From the human T2T-CHM13v2.0 reference genome, Homo sapiens: a DNA stretch of 64,000 nt. The stretch is taken from the NCBI RefSeq assembly GCF_009914755.1, contig NC_060946.1; one strand, given 5' to 3'. This document shows positions 1 through 11,900 of this stretch, piece by piece; positions within the stretch are counted from its first letter, which is position 1; each line of letters begins with the position of its first letter. The translations under genes and the position numbers were made by a program. The notes under the pieces were generated by a model, which was given only the letters and a program-made list of their open reading frames with translations, did no database searches and was not told the DNA's origin.

Positions 1-120
1 GCATACGTCATAAAGGAGTTTCTGAGAATGTTTCTGTCTAGTGGTTATGGGAAGATATTTGCTTTTTCACCGTAGGCCTCAGAGCGCTCCAAATATCCAC
101 TTGCACATACTACAAAAAGA

Positions 121-1142
121 GTGCCTCAAAGCTGCTCTCTGAAACGGAATGTTCAACTCTATGAGTTGAATGCAAACATCACAAAGACGTTTCTGAGAAT
201 GCTTCTGTCTAGATTTGATATGAAGATATTCCCGTTTGCAACGAAATCTTCAAATCTATCCAAATGTCCACTTGCAGATTCAACAAAAAGTGTTTTTCAG
301 AACTGCTCTATCAAAAGAAAGATCCACCTCTGTTAGCTGAGTTCACACATCACAAACAAGTTTATGAGAATGCTTCTGTCTAGTTTTTATTTGAAGATAT
401 TTCCTTTCTCACCATAGACCTGAAAGCTGTCCTAATGTTCACTTCCAGATACTACAGAAAGAGTGTTTTAAAACTGCTGTACGAAAGGGAATGTTCAACT
501 CTGTGACTTGAATGCACACATCACAAAGAAGTTTCTGAGGATGCTGCTGTCTACTTTTTATACGTAATCCCGTTTCCAACGAAATCCTCCAATCTATCCA
601 AATATCCACTTGCAGATTCCACAGAAAGACTGTTTCAAAACTGCTCTGTCAATAGAAAGGTTCAACTCTGTTAGCTGCGTGCATATATCCCAAGGAAGAT
701 TCTGAGATTGCTTCTGTCTAGTTTTTATGGGAAGATATTTCCCTTTTCACCGTAGGCGTCAAGTCGCTCCAAATGTCCACTTCCAGATACTACAAAAAGA
801 GTGTTTCAAACCTACTCTGTGAAAGGGAATATTCAACTCTGTGACTTGAATGCAGATATCACAAAGAAGTTTCTGAGAATGCTTCTGTCGAGATTTTATA
901 TGAAGATATTCCCGTTTCCAACGAAATCCTGAAATCTCTCCAAATATCCCCTCGCAGATTCTACAAAAAGAGTGTATCAAAACTGCTCTGTCAAAAGGAA
1001 GGTTCTTCTCTGTTAGGTGAGTGCATACGTCATAAAGGAGTTTCTGAGAATGTTTCTGTCTAGTGGTTATGGGAAGATATTTGCTTTTTCACCGTAGGCC
1101 TCAGAGCGCTCCAAATATCCACTTGCACATACTACAAAAAGA
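121..1142 (-). repeat. 6-mer HOR structural variant (1022 bp, lacks one 342-bp dimer)
   Basis: Landmark spacing 121->1143. Hybrid monomer cccctcgcagattctacaaaaagagtgtatc, with the junction tract at 954-975. Confidence 0.95.
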
Positions 1143-4100
1143 GTGCCTCAAAGCTGCTCTCTGAAACGGAATGTTCAACTCTATGAGTTGAATGCAAACA
1201 TCACAAAGACGTTTCTGAGAATGCTTCTGTCTAGATTTGATATGAAGATATTCCCGTTTGCAACGAAATCTTCAAATCTATCCAAATGTCCACTTGCAGA
1301 TTCAACAAAAAGTGTTTTTCAGAACTGCTCTATCAAAAGAAAGATCCACCTCTGTTAGCTGAGTTCACACATCACAAACAAGTTTATGAGAATGCTTCTG
1401 TCTAGTTTTTATTTGAAGATATTTCCTTTCTCACCATAGACCTGAAAGCTGTCCTAATGTTCACTTCCAGATACTACAGAAAGAGTGTTTTAAAACTGCT
1501 GTACGAAAGGGAATGTTCAACTCTGTGACTTGAATGCACACATCACAAAGAAGTTTCTGAGGATGCTGCTGTCTACTTTTTATACGTAATCCCGTTTCCA
1601 ACGAAATCCTCCAAGCTATCCAAATATCCACTTGCAGATTCCACAGAAAGAGTGTTTCAAAACAGCTCTGTCAATAGAAAGGTTCAACTCTGTTAGCTGC
1701 GTGCATATATCCCAAAGAAGATTCTGAGATTGCTTCTGTCTAGTTTTTATGGGAAGATATTTCCCTTTTCACCGTAGGCGTCAAGGCGCTCCAAATGTCC
1801 ACTTCCAGATACTACAAAAAGAGTGTTTCAAACCTACTCTGTGAAAGGGAATATTCAACTCTGTGACTTGAATGCACATATCACAAAGAAGTTTCTGAGA
1901 ATGCTTCTGTCGAGATTTTATATGAAGATATTCCCGTTTCCAACGAAATCCTGAAATCTATCCAAATATCCCCTCACAGATTCTACAAAAAGAGTGTTTC
2001 AAAACTGCTCTGTAAAAAGAAAGGTTCAACTCTGTTAGTTGAGTACACACATCACAAACAAGTTTCACAGAATGCTTCTTTCTAGCTTGTAGGGGAAGAT
2101 ATTCCCTTTATCACCATGGGCCTCAAACCGTCCGAAACGTCCACTTCCATATACTACAAAAAGAGCGTTTCAAACCTGCTCTAGGAAAGGCAATGTTCAA
2201 CTCTGTGACTTGAATGCAGACATCACAGAGCAGTTTCTGAGAATGCTTCTGTCTAGATTTTATAGGAAGATATTCCCGTTTCCAACGAAATCTTCACAGC
2301 TATCCCAATATCCACTTGCAGATTCTACAAAAAGAGTGTGTCAAAACTGCTCTGTCAAAAGGAAGGTTCTTCTCTGTTAGGTGAGTGCATACGTCATAAA
2401 GGAGTTTCTGAGAATGTTTCTGTCTAGTGGTTATGGGAAGATATTTGCTTTTTCACCGTAGGCCTCAGAGCGCTCCAAATATCCACTTGCACATACTACA
2501 AAAAGAGTGCCTCAAAGCTGCTCTCTGAATCGGAATGTTCAACTCTATGAGTTGAATGCAAACATCACAACGACGTTTCTGAGAATGCTTCTGTCTAGAT
2601 TTGATATGAAGATATTCCCGTTACCAACGAAATCTTCAAATCTATCCAAATGTCCACTTGCAGATTCAACAAAAAGTGTTTTTCAGAACTGCTCTATCAA
2701 AAGAAAGATCCACCTCTGTTAGCTGAGTTCACTCATCACAAACAAGTTTATGAGAATGCTTCTGTCTAGTTTTTATTTGAAGATATTTCCTTTCTCACCA
2801 TAGACCTGAAAGCTGTCCTAATGTTCACTTCCAGATACTACAGAAAGAGTGTTTCAAAACTGCTGTACGAAAGGGAATGTTCAACTCTGTGACTTGAATG
2901 CACACATCACAAAGAAGTTTCTGAGGATGCTGCTGTCTACTTTTTATACGTAATCCCGTTTCCAACGAAATCCTCCAATCTATCCAAATATCCACTTGCA
3001 GATTCCACAGAAAGACTGTTTCAAAACTGCTCTGTCAATAGAAAGGTTCAACTCTGTTAGCTGCGTGCATATATCCCAAGGAAGATTCTGAGATTGCTTC
3101 TGTCTAGTTTTTATGGGAAGATATTTCCCTTTTCACCGTAGGCGTCAAGTCGCTCCAAATGTCCACTTCCAGATACTACAAAAAGAGTGTTTCAAACCTA
3201 CTCTGTGAAAGGGAATATTCAACTCTGTGACTTGAATGCAGATATCACAAAGAAGTTTCTGAGAATGCTTCTGTCGAGATTTTATATGAAGATATTCCCG
3301 TTTCCAACGAAATCCTGAAATCTCTCCAAATATCCCCTCGCAGATTCTACAAAAAGAGTGTATCAAAACTGCTCTGTCAAAAGGAAGGTTCTTCTCTGTT
3401 AGGTGAGTGCATACGTCATAAAGGAGTTTCTGAGAATGTTTCTGTCTAGTGGTTATGGGAAGATATTTGCTTTTTCACCGTAGGCCTCAGAGCGCTCCAA
3501 ATATCCACTTGCACATACTACAAAAAGAGTGCCTCAAAGCTGCTCTCTGAAACGGAATGTTCAACTCTATGAGTTGAATGCAAACATCACAAAGACGTTT
3601 CTGAGAATGCTTCTGTCTAGATTTGATATGAAGATATTCCCGTTTGCAACGAAATCTTCAAATCTATCCAAATGTCCACTTGCAGATTCAACAAAAAGTG
3701 TTTTTCAGAACTGCTCTATCAAAAGAAAGATCCACCTCTGTTAGCTGAGTTCACACATCACAAACAAGTTTATGAGAATGCTTCTGTCTAGTTTTTATTT
3801 GAAGATATTTCCTTTCTCACCATAGACCTGAAAGCTGTCCTAATGTTCACTTCCAGATACTACAGAAAGAGTGTTTTAAAACTGCTGTACGAAAGGGAAT
3901 GTTCAACTCTGTGACTTGAATGCACACATCACAAAGAAGTTTCTGAGGATGCTGCTGTCTACTTTTTATACGTAATCCCGTTTCCAACGAAATCCTCCAA
4001 GCTATCCAAATATCCACTTGCAGATTCCACAGAAAGAGTGTTTCAAAACAGCTCTGTCAATAGAAAGGTTCAACTCTGTTAGCTGCGTGCATATATCCCA

Positions 4101-4900
4101 AAGAAGATTCTGAGATTGCTTCTGTCTAGTTTTTATGGGAAGATATTTCCCTTTTCACCGTAGGCATCAAGGCGCTCCAAATGTCCACTTCCAGATACTA
4201 CAAAAAGAGTGTTTCAAACCTACTCTGTGAAAGGGAATATTCAACTCTGTGACTTGAATGCACATATCACAAAGAAGTTTCTGAGAATGCTTCTGTCGAG
4301 ATTTTATATGAAGATATTCCCGTTTCCAACGAAATCCTGAAATCTATCCAAATATCCCCTCACAGATTCTACAAAAAGAGTGTTTCAAAACTGCTCTGTA
4401 AAAAGAAAGGTTCAACTCTGTTAGTTGAGTACACACATCACAAACAAGTTTCACAGAATGCTTCTTTCTAGCTTGTAGGGGAAGATATTCCCTTTATCAC
4501 CATGGGCCTCAAACCGTCCGAAACGTCCACTTCCATATACTACAAAAAGAGCGTTTCAAACCTGCTCTAGGAAAGGCAATGTTCAACTCTGTGACTTGAA
4601 TGCAGACATCACAGAGCAGTTTCTGAGAATGCTTCTGTCTAGATTTTATAGGAAGATATTCCCGTTTCCAACGAAATCTTCACAGCTATCCCAATATCCA
4701 CTTGCAGATTCTACAAAAAGAGTGTGTCAAAACTGCTCTGTCAAAAGGAAGGTTCTTCTCTGTTAGGTGAGTGCATACGTCATAAAGGAGTTTCTGAGAA
4801 TGTTTCTGTCTAGTGGTTATGGGAAGATATTTGCTTTTTCACCGTAGGCCTCAGAGCGCTCCAAATATCCACTTGCACATACTACAAAAAGAGTGCCTCA
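592..4900. repeat. Segmental duplicate, copy A (partner 18661-22970; offset 18069), containing 2386-bp 6+8 super-repeats
   Basis: Both copies show the same order of 6-mers and 8-mers. They share rare alleles tttgcaacg, gttaccaacg, cccctcacag and gagtgtgtc at a constant offset of 18069. Confidence 0.88.
2507..3528 (-). repeat. 6-mer HOR structural variant (1022 bp)
   Basis: Landmark spacing 2507->3529; same hybrid junction at 3340-3361. Confidence 0.95.
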
Positions 4901-6874
4901 AAGCTGCTCTCTGAAACGGAATGTTCAACTCTATGAGTTGAATGCAAACATCACAAAGACGTTTCTGAGAATGCTTCTGTCTAGATTTGATATGAAGATA
5001 TTCCCGTTTCCAACGAAATCTTCAAATCTATCCAAATGTCCACTTGCATAATCAACAAAAAGTGTTTTTCAGAACTGCTCTATCAAAAGAAAGATCCACC
5101 TCTGTTAGCTGAGTTCACACATCACAAACAAGTTTATGAGAATGCTTCTGTCTAGTTTTTATTTGAAGATATTTCCTTTCTCACCATAGACCTGAAAGCT
5201 GTCCTAATGTTCACTTCCAGATACTACAGAAAGAGTGTTTCAAAACTGCTGTACGAAAGGGAATGTTCAACTCTGTGACTTGAATGCACACATCACAAAG
5301 TAGTTTCTGAGGATGCTGCTGTCCACTTTTTATACGTAATCCCGTTTCCAACGAAATCCTCCAAGCTATCCAAATATCCACTTGCAGATTCCACAGAAAG
5401 ACTGTTTCAAAACTGCTCTGTCAATAGAAAGGTTCAACTCTGTTAGCTGCGTGCACATATCCCAAAGAAGATTCTGAGATTGCTTCTGTCTAGTTTTTAT
5501 GGGAAGATATTTCCCTTTTCACCGTAGGCGTCAAGGCGCTCCAAATGTCCACTTCCAGATACTACAAAAAGAGTGTTTCAAACCTACTCTGTGAAAGCGA
5601 ATATTCAACTCTGTGACTTTAATGCACATATCACAAAGAAGTTTCTGAGAATGCTTCTGTCGAGATTTTATATGAAGATATTCCCGTTTCCAACGAAATC
5701 CTGAAATCTATCCAAATATCCCCTCGCAGATTCTACAAAAAGAGTGTTTCAAAACTGCTCTGTAAAAAGAAAGGTTCAACTCTGTTAGTTGAGTACACAC
5801 ATCACAAACAAGTTTCACAGAATGCTTCTTTCTAGCTTGTAGGGGAAGATATTCCCTTTATCACCATGGGCCTCCAACCGTCCGAAACGTCCACTTCCAT
5901 ATACTACAAAAAGAGCGTTTCAAACCTGCTCTAGGAAAGGCAATGTTCAACTCTGTGACTTGAATGCAGACATCACAGAGCAGTTTCTGAGAATGCTTCT
6001 GTCTAGATTTTATAGGAAGATATTCCCGTTTCCAACGAAATCTTCACAGCTATCCAAATATCCACTTGCAGATTCAACAAAAAGAGTGTATCAAAACTGC
6101 TCTGTCAAAAGGAAGGTTCTTCTCTGTTAGGTGAGTGCATACGTCATAAAGGAGTTTCTGAGAATGTTTCTGTCTAGTGGTTATGGGAAGATATTTGCTT
6201 TTTCACCGTAGGCCTCAGAGCGCTCCAAATATCCACTTGCACATACTACAAAAAGAGTGCCTCAAAGCTGCTCTTTGAAACGGAATGTTCAACTCTATGA
6301 GTTGAATGCAAACATCACAAAGACGTTTCTGAGAATGCTTCTGTCTAGATTTGATATGAAGATATTCCCGTTTCCAACGAAATCTTCAAATCTATCCAAA
6401 TGTCCACTTGCAGATTCAACAAAAAGTGTTTTTCAGAACTGCTCTATCAAAAGAAAGATCCACCTCTGTTAGCTGAGTTCACACATCACAAACAAGTTTA
6501 TGAGAATGCTTCTGTCTAGTTTTTATTTGAAGATATTTCCTTTCTCACCATAGACCTGAAAGCTGTCCTAATGTTCACTTCCAGATACTACAGAAAGAGT
6601 GTTTCAAAACTGCTGTATGAAAGGGAATGTTCAACTCTGTGACTTGAATGCACACATCACAAAGAAGTTTCTGAGGATGCTGCTGTCTACTTTTTATATG
6701 TAATCCCGTTTCCAATGAAATCCTCCAAGCTATCCAAATATCCACTTGCAGATTCCACAGAAAGACTGTTTCAAAACTGCTCTGTCAATAGAAAGGTACA
6801 ACTCTGTTAGCTGCGTGCATATATCCCAAAGAAGATTCTGAGATTGCTTCTGTCTAGTTTTTATGGGAAGATAT

Positions 6875-6891
6875 TTCCCTTTTCACCGTAG
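6875..6891. promoter_or_regulatory. A-box / pJalpha-type site (representative), in the monomers alternating with CENP-B-box monomers
   Basis: ttcccttttcaccgtag sits at the CENP-B-equivalent position, 171 bp from the boxes at 6704 and 7046, and resembles the A-type monomer motif TTCCTTTTYCACCRTAG. Confidence 0.7.
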
Positions 6892-7045
6892 GCGTCAAGG
6901 CGCTCCAAATGTCCACTTCCAGATACTACAAAAAGAGTGTTTCAAACCTACTCTGTGAAAGGGAATATTCAACTCTGTGACTTGAATGCACATATCACAA
7001 AGAAGTTTCTGAGAATGCTTCTGTCGAGATTTTATATGAAGATAT

Positions 7046-7062
7046 TCCCGTTTCCAACGAAA
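7046..7062 (-). promoter_or_regulatory. CENP-B box (representative of ~188 box positions, one per dimer)
   Basis: Plus-strand tcccgtttccaacgaaa reads TTTCGTTGGAAACGGGA on the minus strand, matching the 17-bp CENP-B box with core nTTCGnnnnAnnCGGGn. Box positions 6366, 6704, 7046, 7388, 7730 give spacings of 338/342/342/342. Confidence 0.97.
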
Positions 7063-7620
7063 TCCTGAAATCTATCCAAATATCCCCTCGCAGATTCTAC
7101 AAAAAGAGAGTTTCAAAACTGCTCTGTAAAAAGAAAGGTTCAACTCTGTTAGTTGAGTACACACATCACAAACAAGTTTCACAGAATGCTTCTTTCTAGC
7201 TTGTAGGGGAAGATATTCCCTTTATCACCATGGGCCTCCAACCGTCCGAAACATCCACTTCCATATACTACAAAAAGAGCGTTTCAAACCTGCTCTATGA
7301 AAGGCAATGTTCAACTCTGTGACTTGAAAGCAGACATCACAGAGCAGTTTCTGAGAATGCTTCTGTCTAGATTTTATAGGAAGATATTCCCGTTTCCAAC
7401 GAAATCTTCACAGCTATCCAAATATCCACTTGCAGATTCTACAAAAAGAGTGTATCAAAACTGCTCTGTCAAAAGGAAGGTTCTTCTCTGTTAGGTGAGT
7501 GCATACGTCATAAAGGAGTTTCTGAGAATGTTTCTGTCTAGTGGTTATGGGAAGATATTTGCTTTTTCACCGTAGGCCTCAGAGCGCTCCAAATATCCAC
7601 TTGCACATACTACAAAAAGA

Positions 7621-8984
7621 GTGCCTCAAAGCTGCTCTCTGAAACGGAATGTTCAACTCTATGAGTTGAATGCAAACATCACAAAGACGTTTCTGAGAAT
7701 GCTTCTGTCTAGATTTGATATGAAGATATTCCCGTTTCCAACGAAATCTTCAAATCTATCCAAATGTCCACTTGCAGATTCAACAAAAAGTGTTTTTCAG
7801 AACTGCTCTATCAAAAGAAAGATCCACCTCTGTTAGCTGAGTTCACACATCACAAACAAGTTTATGAGAATGCTTCTGTCTAGTTTTTATTTGAAGATAT
7901 TTCCTTTCTCACCATAGACCTGAAAGCTGTCCTAATGTTCACTTCCAGATACTACAGAAAGAGTGTTTCAAAACTGCTGTACGAAAGGGAATGTTCAACT
8001 CTGTGACTTGAATGCACACATCACAAAGAAGTTTCTGAGGATGCTGCTGTCTACTTTTTATACGTAATCCCGTTTCCAACGAAATCCTCCAAGCTATCCA
8101 AATATCCACTTGCAGATTCCACAGAAAGACTGTTTCAAAACTGCTCTGTCAATAGAAAGGTTCAACTCTGTTAGCTGCGTGCATATATCCCAAAGAAGAT
8201 TCTGAGATTGCTTCTGTCTAGTTTTTATGGGAAGATATTTCCCTTTTCACTGTAGGCGTCAAGGCGCTCCAAATGTCCACTTCCAGATACTACAAAAAGA
8301 GTGTTTCGAACCTACTCTGTGAAAGGGAATATTCAACTCTGTGACTTGAATGCACATATCACAAAGAAGTTTCTGAGAATGCTTCTGTCGAGATTTTATA
8401 TGAAGATATTCCCGTTTCCAACGAAATCCTGAAATCTATCCAAATATCCCCTCGCCGATTCTACATAAAGAGTGTTTCAAAACTGCTCTGTAAAAAGAAA
8501 GGTTCAACTCTGTTACTTGAGTACACACATCACAAACAAGTTTCACAGAATGCTTCTTTCTAGCTTGTAGGGGAAGATATTCCCTTTATCACCATGGGCC
8601 TCAAACCGTCCGAAACGTCCACTTCCATATACTACAAAAAGAGCGTTTCAAACCTGCTCTAGGAAAGGCAATGTTCAACTCTGTGACTTGAATGCAGACA
8701 TCACAGAGCAGTTTCTGAGAAAGCTTCTGTCTAGATTTTATAGGAAGATATTCCCGTTTCCAACGAAATCTTCACAGCTATCCAAATATCCACTTGCAGA
8801 TTCTACAAAAAGAGTGTATCAAAACTGCTCTGTCAAAAGGAAGGTTCTTCTCTGTTAGGTGAGTGCATACGTCATAAAGGAGTTTCTGAGAATGTTTCTG
8901 TCTAGTGGTTATGGGAAGATATTTGCTTTTTCACCGTAGGCCTCAGAGCGCTCCAAATATCCACTTGCACATACAACAAAAAGA
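7621..8984 (-). repeat. Representative full-length 8-mer HOR unit (1364 bp; arbitrary phase)
   Basis: Landmark gtgcctcaaagctgctct occurs at 7621 and again at 8985. The unit holds four CENP-B boxes and one NcoI site (ccatgg). Confidence 0.97.
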
Positions 8985-11900
8985 GTGCCTCAAAGCTGCT
9001 CTTTGAAACGGAATGTTCAACTCTATGAGTTGAATGCAAACATCACAAAGACGTTTCTGAGAATGCTTCTGTCTAGATTTGATATGAAGATATTCCCGTT
9101 TCCAAAGAAATCTTCAAATCTATCCAAATGTCCACTTGCAGATTCAACAAAAAGTGTTTTTCACAACTGCTCTATCAAAAGAAAGATCTACCTCTGTTAG
9201 CTGAGTTCACACATCACAAACAAGTTTATGAGAATGCTTCTGTCTAGTTTTTATTTGAAGATATTTCCTTTCTCACCATAGACCTGAAAGCTGTCCTAAT
9301 GTTCACTTCCAGATACTACAGAAAGAGTGTTTCAAAACTGCTGTACGAAAGGGAATGTTCAACTCTGTGACTTGAATGCACACATCACACAGAAGTTTCT
9401 GAGGATGCTGCTGTCTACTTTTTATATGTAATCCCGTTTCCAACGAAATCCTCCAAGCTATCCAAATATCCACTTGCAGATTCCACAGAAAGACTGTTTC
9501 AAAACTGCTCTGTCAATAGAACGGTTCAACTCTGTTAGCTGCGTGCATATATCCCAAAGAAGATTCTGAGATTGCTTCTGTCTAGTTTTTATGGGAAGAT
9601 ATTTCCCTTTTCACCGTAGGCGTCAAGGCGCTCCAAATGTCCACTTCCAGATACTACAAAAAGAGTGTTTCAAACCTACTCTGTGAAAGCGAATATTCAA
9701 CTCTGTGACTTGAATGCACATATCACAAAGAAGTTTGTGAGAATGCTTCTGTCGAGATTTTATATGAAGATATTCCCGTTTCCAAAGAAATCCTGAAATC
9801 TATCCAAATATCCCCTCGCAGATTCTACAAAAAGAGTGTTTCAAAACTGCTCTGTAAAAAGAAAGGTTCAACTCTGTTAGTTGAGTACACACATCACAAA
9901 CAAGTTTCACAGAATGCTTCTTTCTAGCTTGTAGGGGAAGATATTCCCTTTATCACCATGGGCCTCAAACCGTCCGAAACGTCCACTTCCATATACTACA
10001 AAAAGAGCGTTTCAAACCTGCTCTAGGAAAGGCAATGTTCAACTCTGTGACTTGAATGCAGACATCACAGAGCAGTTTCTGAGAATGCTTCTGTCTAGAT
10101 TTTATAGGAAGATATTCCCGTTTCCAACGAAATCTTCACAGCTATCCAAATATCCACTTGCAGATTCTACAAAAAGAGTGTATCAAAACTGCTCTGTCAA
10201 AAGGAAGGTTCTTCTCTGTTAGGTGAGTGCATACGTCATAAAGGAGTTTCTGAGAATGTTTCTGTCTAGTGGTTATGGGAAGATATTTGCTTTTTCACCA
10301 TAGGCCTCAGAGCGCTCCAAATATCCACTTGCACATACTACAAAAAGAGTGCCTCAAAGCTGCTCTTTGAAACGGAATGTTCAACTCTATGAGTTGAATG
10401 CAAACATCACAAAGACATTTCTGAGAATGCTTCTGTCTAGATTTGATATGAAGATATTCCCGTTTCCAACGAAATCTTCAAATCTATCCAAATGTCCACT
10501 TGCAGATTCAACAAAAAGTGTTTTTCAGAACTGCTCTATCAAAAGAAAGATCCACCTCTGTTAGCTGAGTTCACACATCACAAACAAGTTTATGAGAATG
10601 CTTCTGTCTAGTTTTTATTTGAAGATATTTCCTTTCTCACCATAGACCTGAAAGCTGTCCTAATGTTCACTTCCAGATACTACAGAAAGAGTGTTTCAAA
10701 ACTGCTGTACGAAAGGGAATGTTCAACTCTGTGACTTGAATGCACACATCACAAAGAAGTTTCTGAGGATGCTGCTGTCTACTTTTTATACGTAATCCCG
10801 TTTCCAACGAAATCCTCCAAGCTATCCAAATATCCACTTGCAGATTCCACAGAAAGACTGTTTCAAAACTGCTCTGTCAATAGAAAGGTTCAACTCTTTT
10901 AGCTGCGTGAATATATCCCAAAGAAGATTCTGAGATTGCTTCTGTCTAGTTTTTATGGGAAGATATTTCCCTTTTCACCGTAGGCGTCAAGGCGCTCCAA
11001 ATGTCCACTTCCAGATACTACAAAAAGAGTGTTTCAAACCTACTCTGTGAAAGGGAATATTCAACTCTGTGACTTGAATGCACATATCACAAAGAAGTTT
11101 CTGAGAATGCTTCTGTCGAGATTTTATATGAAGATATTCCCGTTTCCAACGAAATCCTGAAATCTATCCAAATATCCCCTTGCAGATTCTACAAAAAGAG
11201 TGTTTCAAAACTGCTCTGTAAAAAGAAAGGTTCAACTCTGTTAGTTGAGTACACACATCACAAACAAGTTTCACAGAATGCTTCTTTCTAGCTTGTAGGG
11301 GAAGATATTCCCTTTATCACCATGGTCCTCAAACCGTCCGAAACGTCCACTTCCATATACTACAAAAAGAGCGTTTCAAACCTGCTCTAGGAAAGGCAAT
11401 GTTCAACTCTGTGACTTGAATGCAGACATCACAGAGCAGTTTCTGAGAATGCTTCTGTCTAGATTTTATAGGAAGATATTCCCGTTTCCAACGAAATCTT
11501 CACAGCTATCCAAGTATCCACTTGCAGATTCTACAAAAAGAGTGTATCAAAACTGCTCTGTCAAAAGGAAGGTTCTTCTCTGTTAGGTGAGTGCATACGT
11601 CATAAAGGAGTTTCTGAGAATGTTTCTGTCTTGTGGTTATGGGAAGATATTTGCTTTTTCACCGTAGGCCTCAGAGCGCTCCAAATATCCACTTGCACAT
11701 ACTACAAAAAGAGTGCCTCAAAGCTGCTCTCTGAAACGGAATGTTCAACTCTATGAGTTGAATGCAAACATCACAAAGACGTTTCTGAGAATGCTTCTGT
11801 CTAGATTTGATATGAAGATATTCCCGTTTCCAACGAAATCTTCAAATCTATCCAAATGTCCACTTGCAGATTCAACAAAAAGTGTTTTTCAGAACTGCTC

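Larger units (their letters stand above)
5455..10911. repeat. Near-identical 4-HOR segmental duplicate, copy A (partner 41252-46708; offset 35797)
   Basis: Rare alleles gtgcacatat, gactttaat, aaagagagtt, gtttcgaacc, cgccgattctacata, tcacaactg, agaacggtt, tttgtgag and agacatttc all recur at +35797. Confidence 0.92.

Noticed and set aside
73-90. Short palindromes (aggcct, agcgct; also tacgta, ccatgg) as hairpins or terminators
   Set aside because: They are only 6-8 bp dyads, fixed parts of the HOR consensus and expected by chance. No long inverted repeat was seen.
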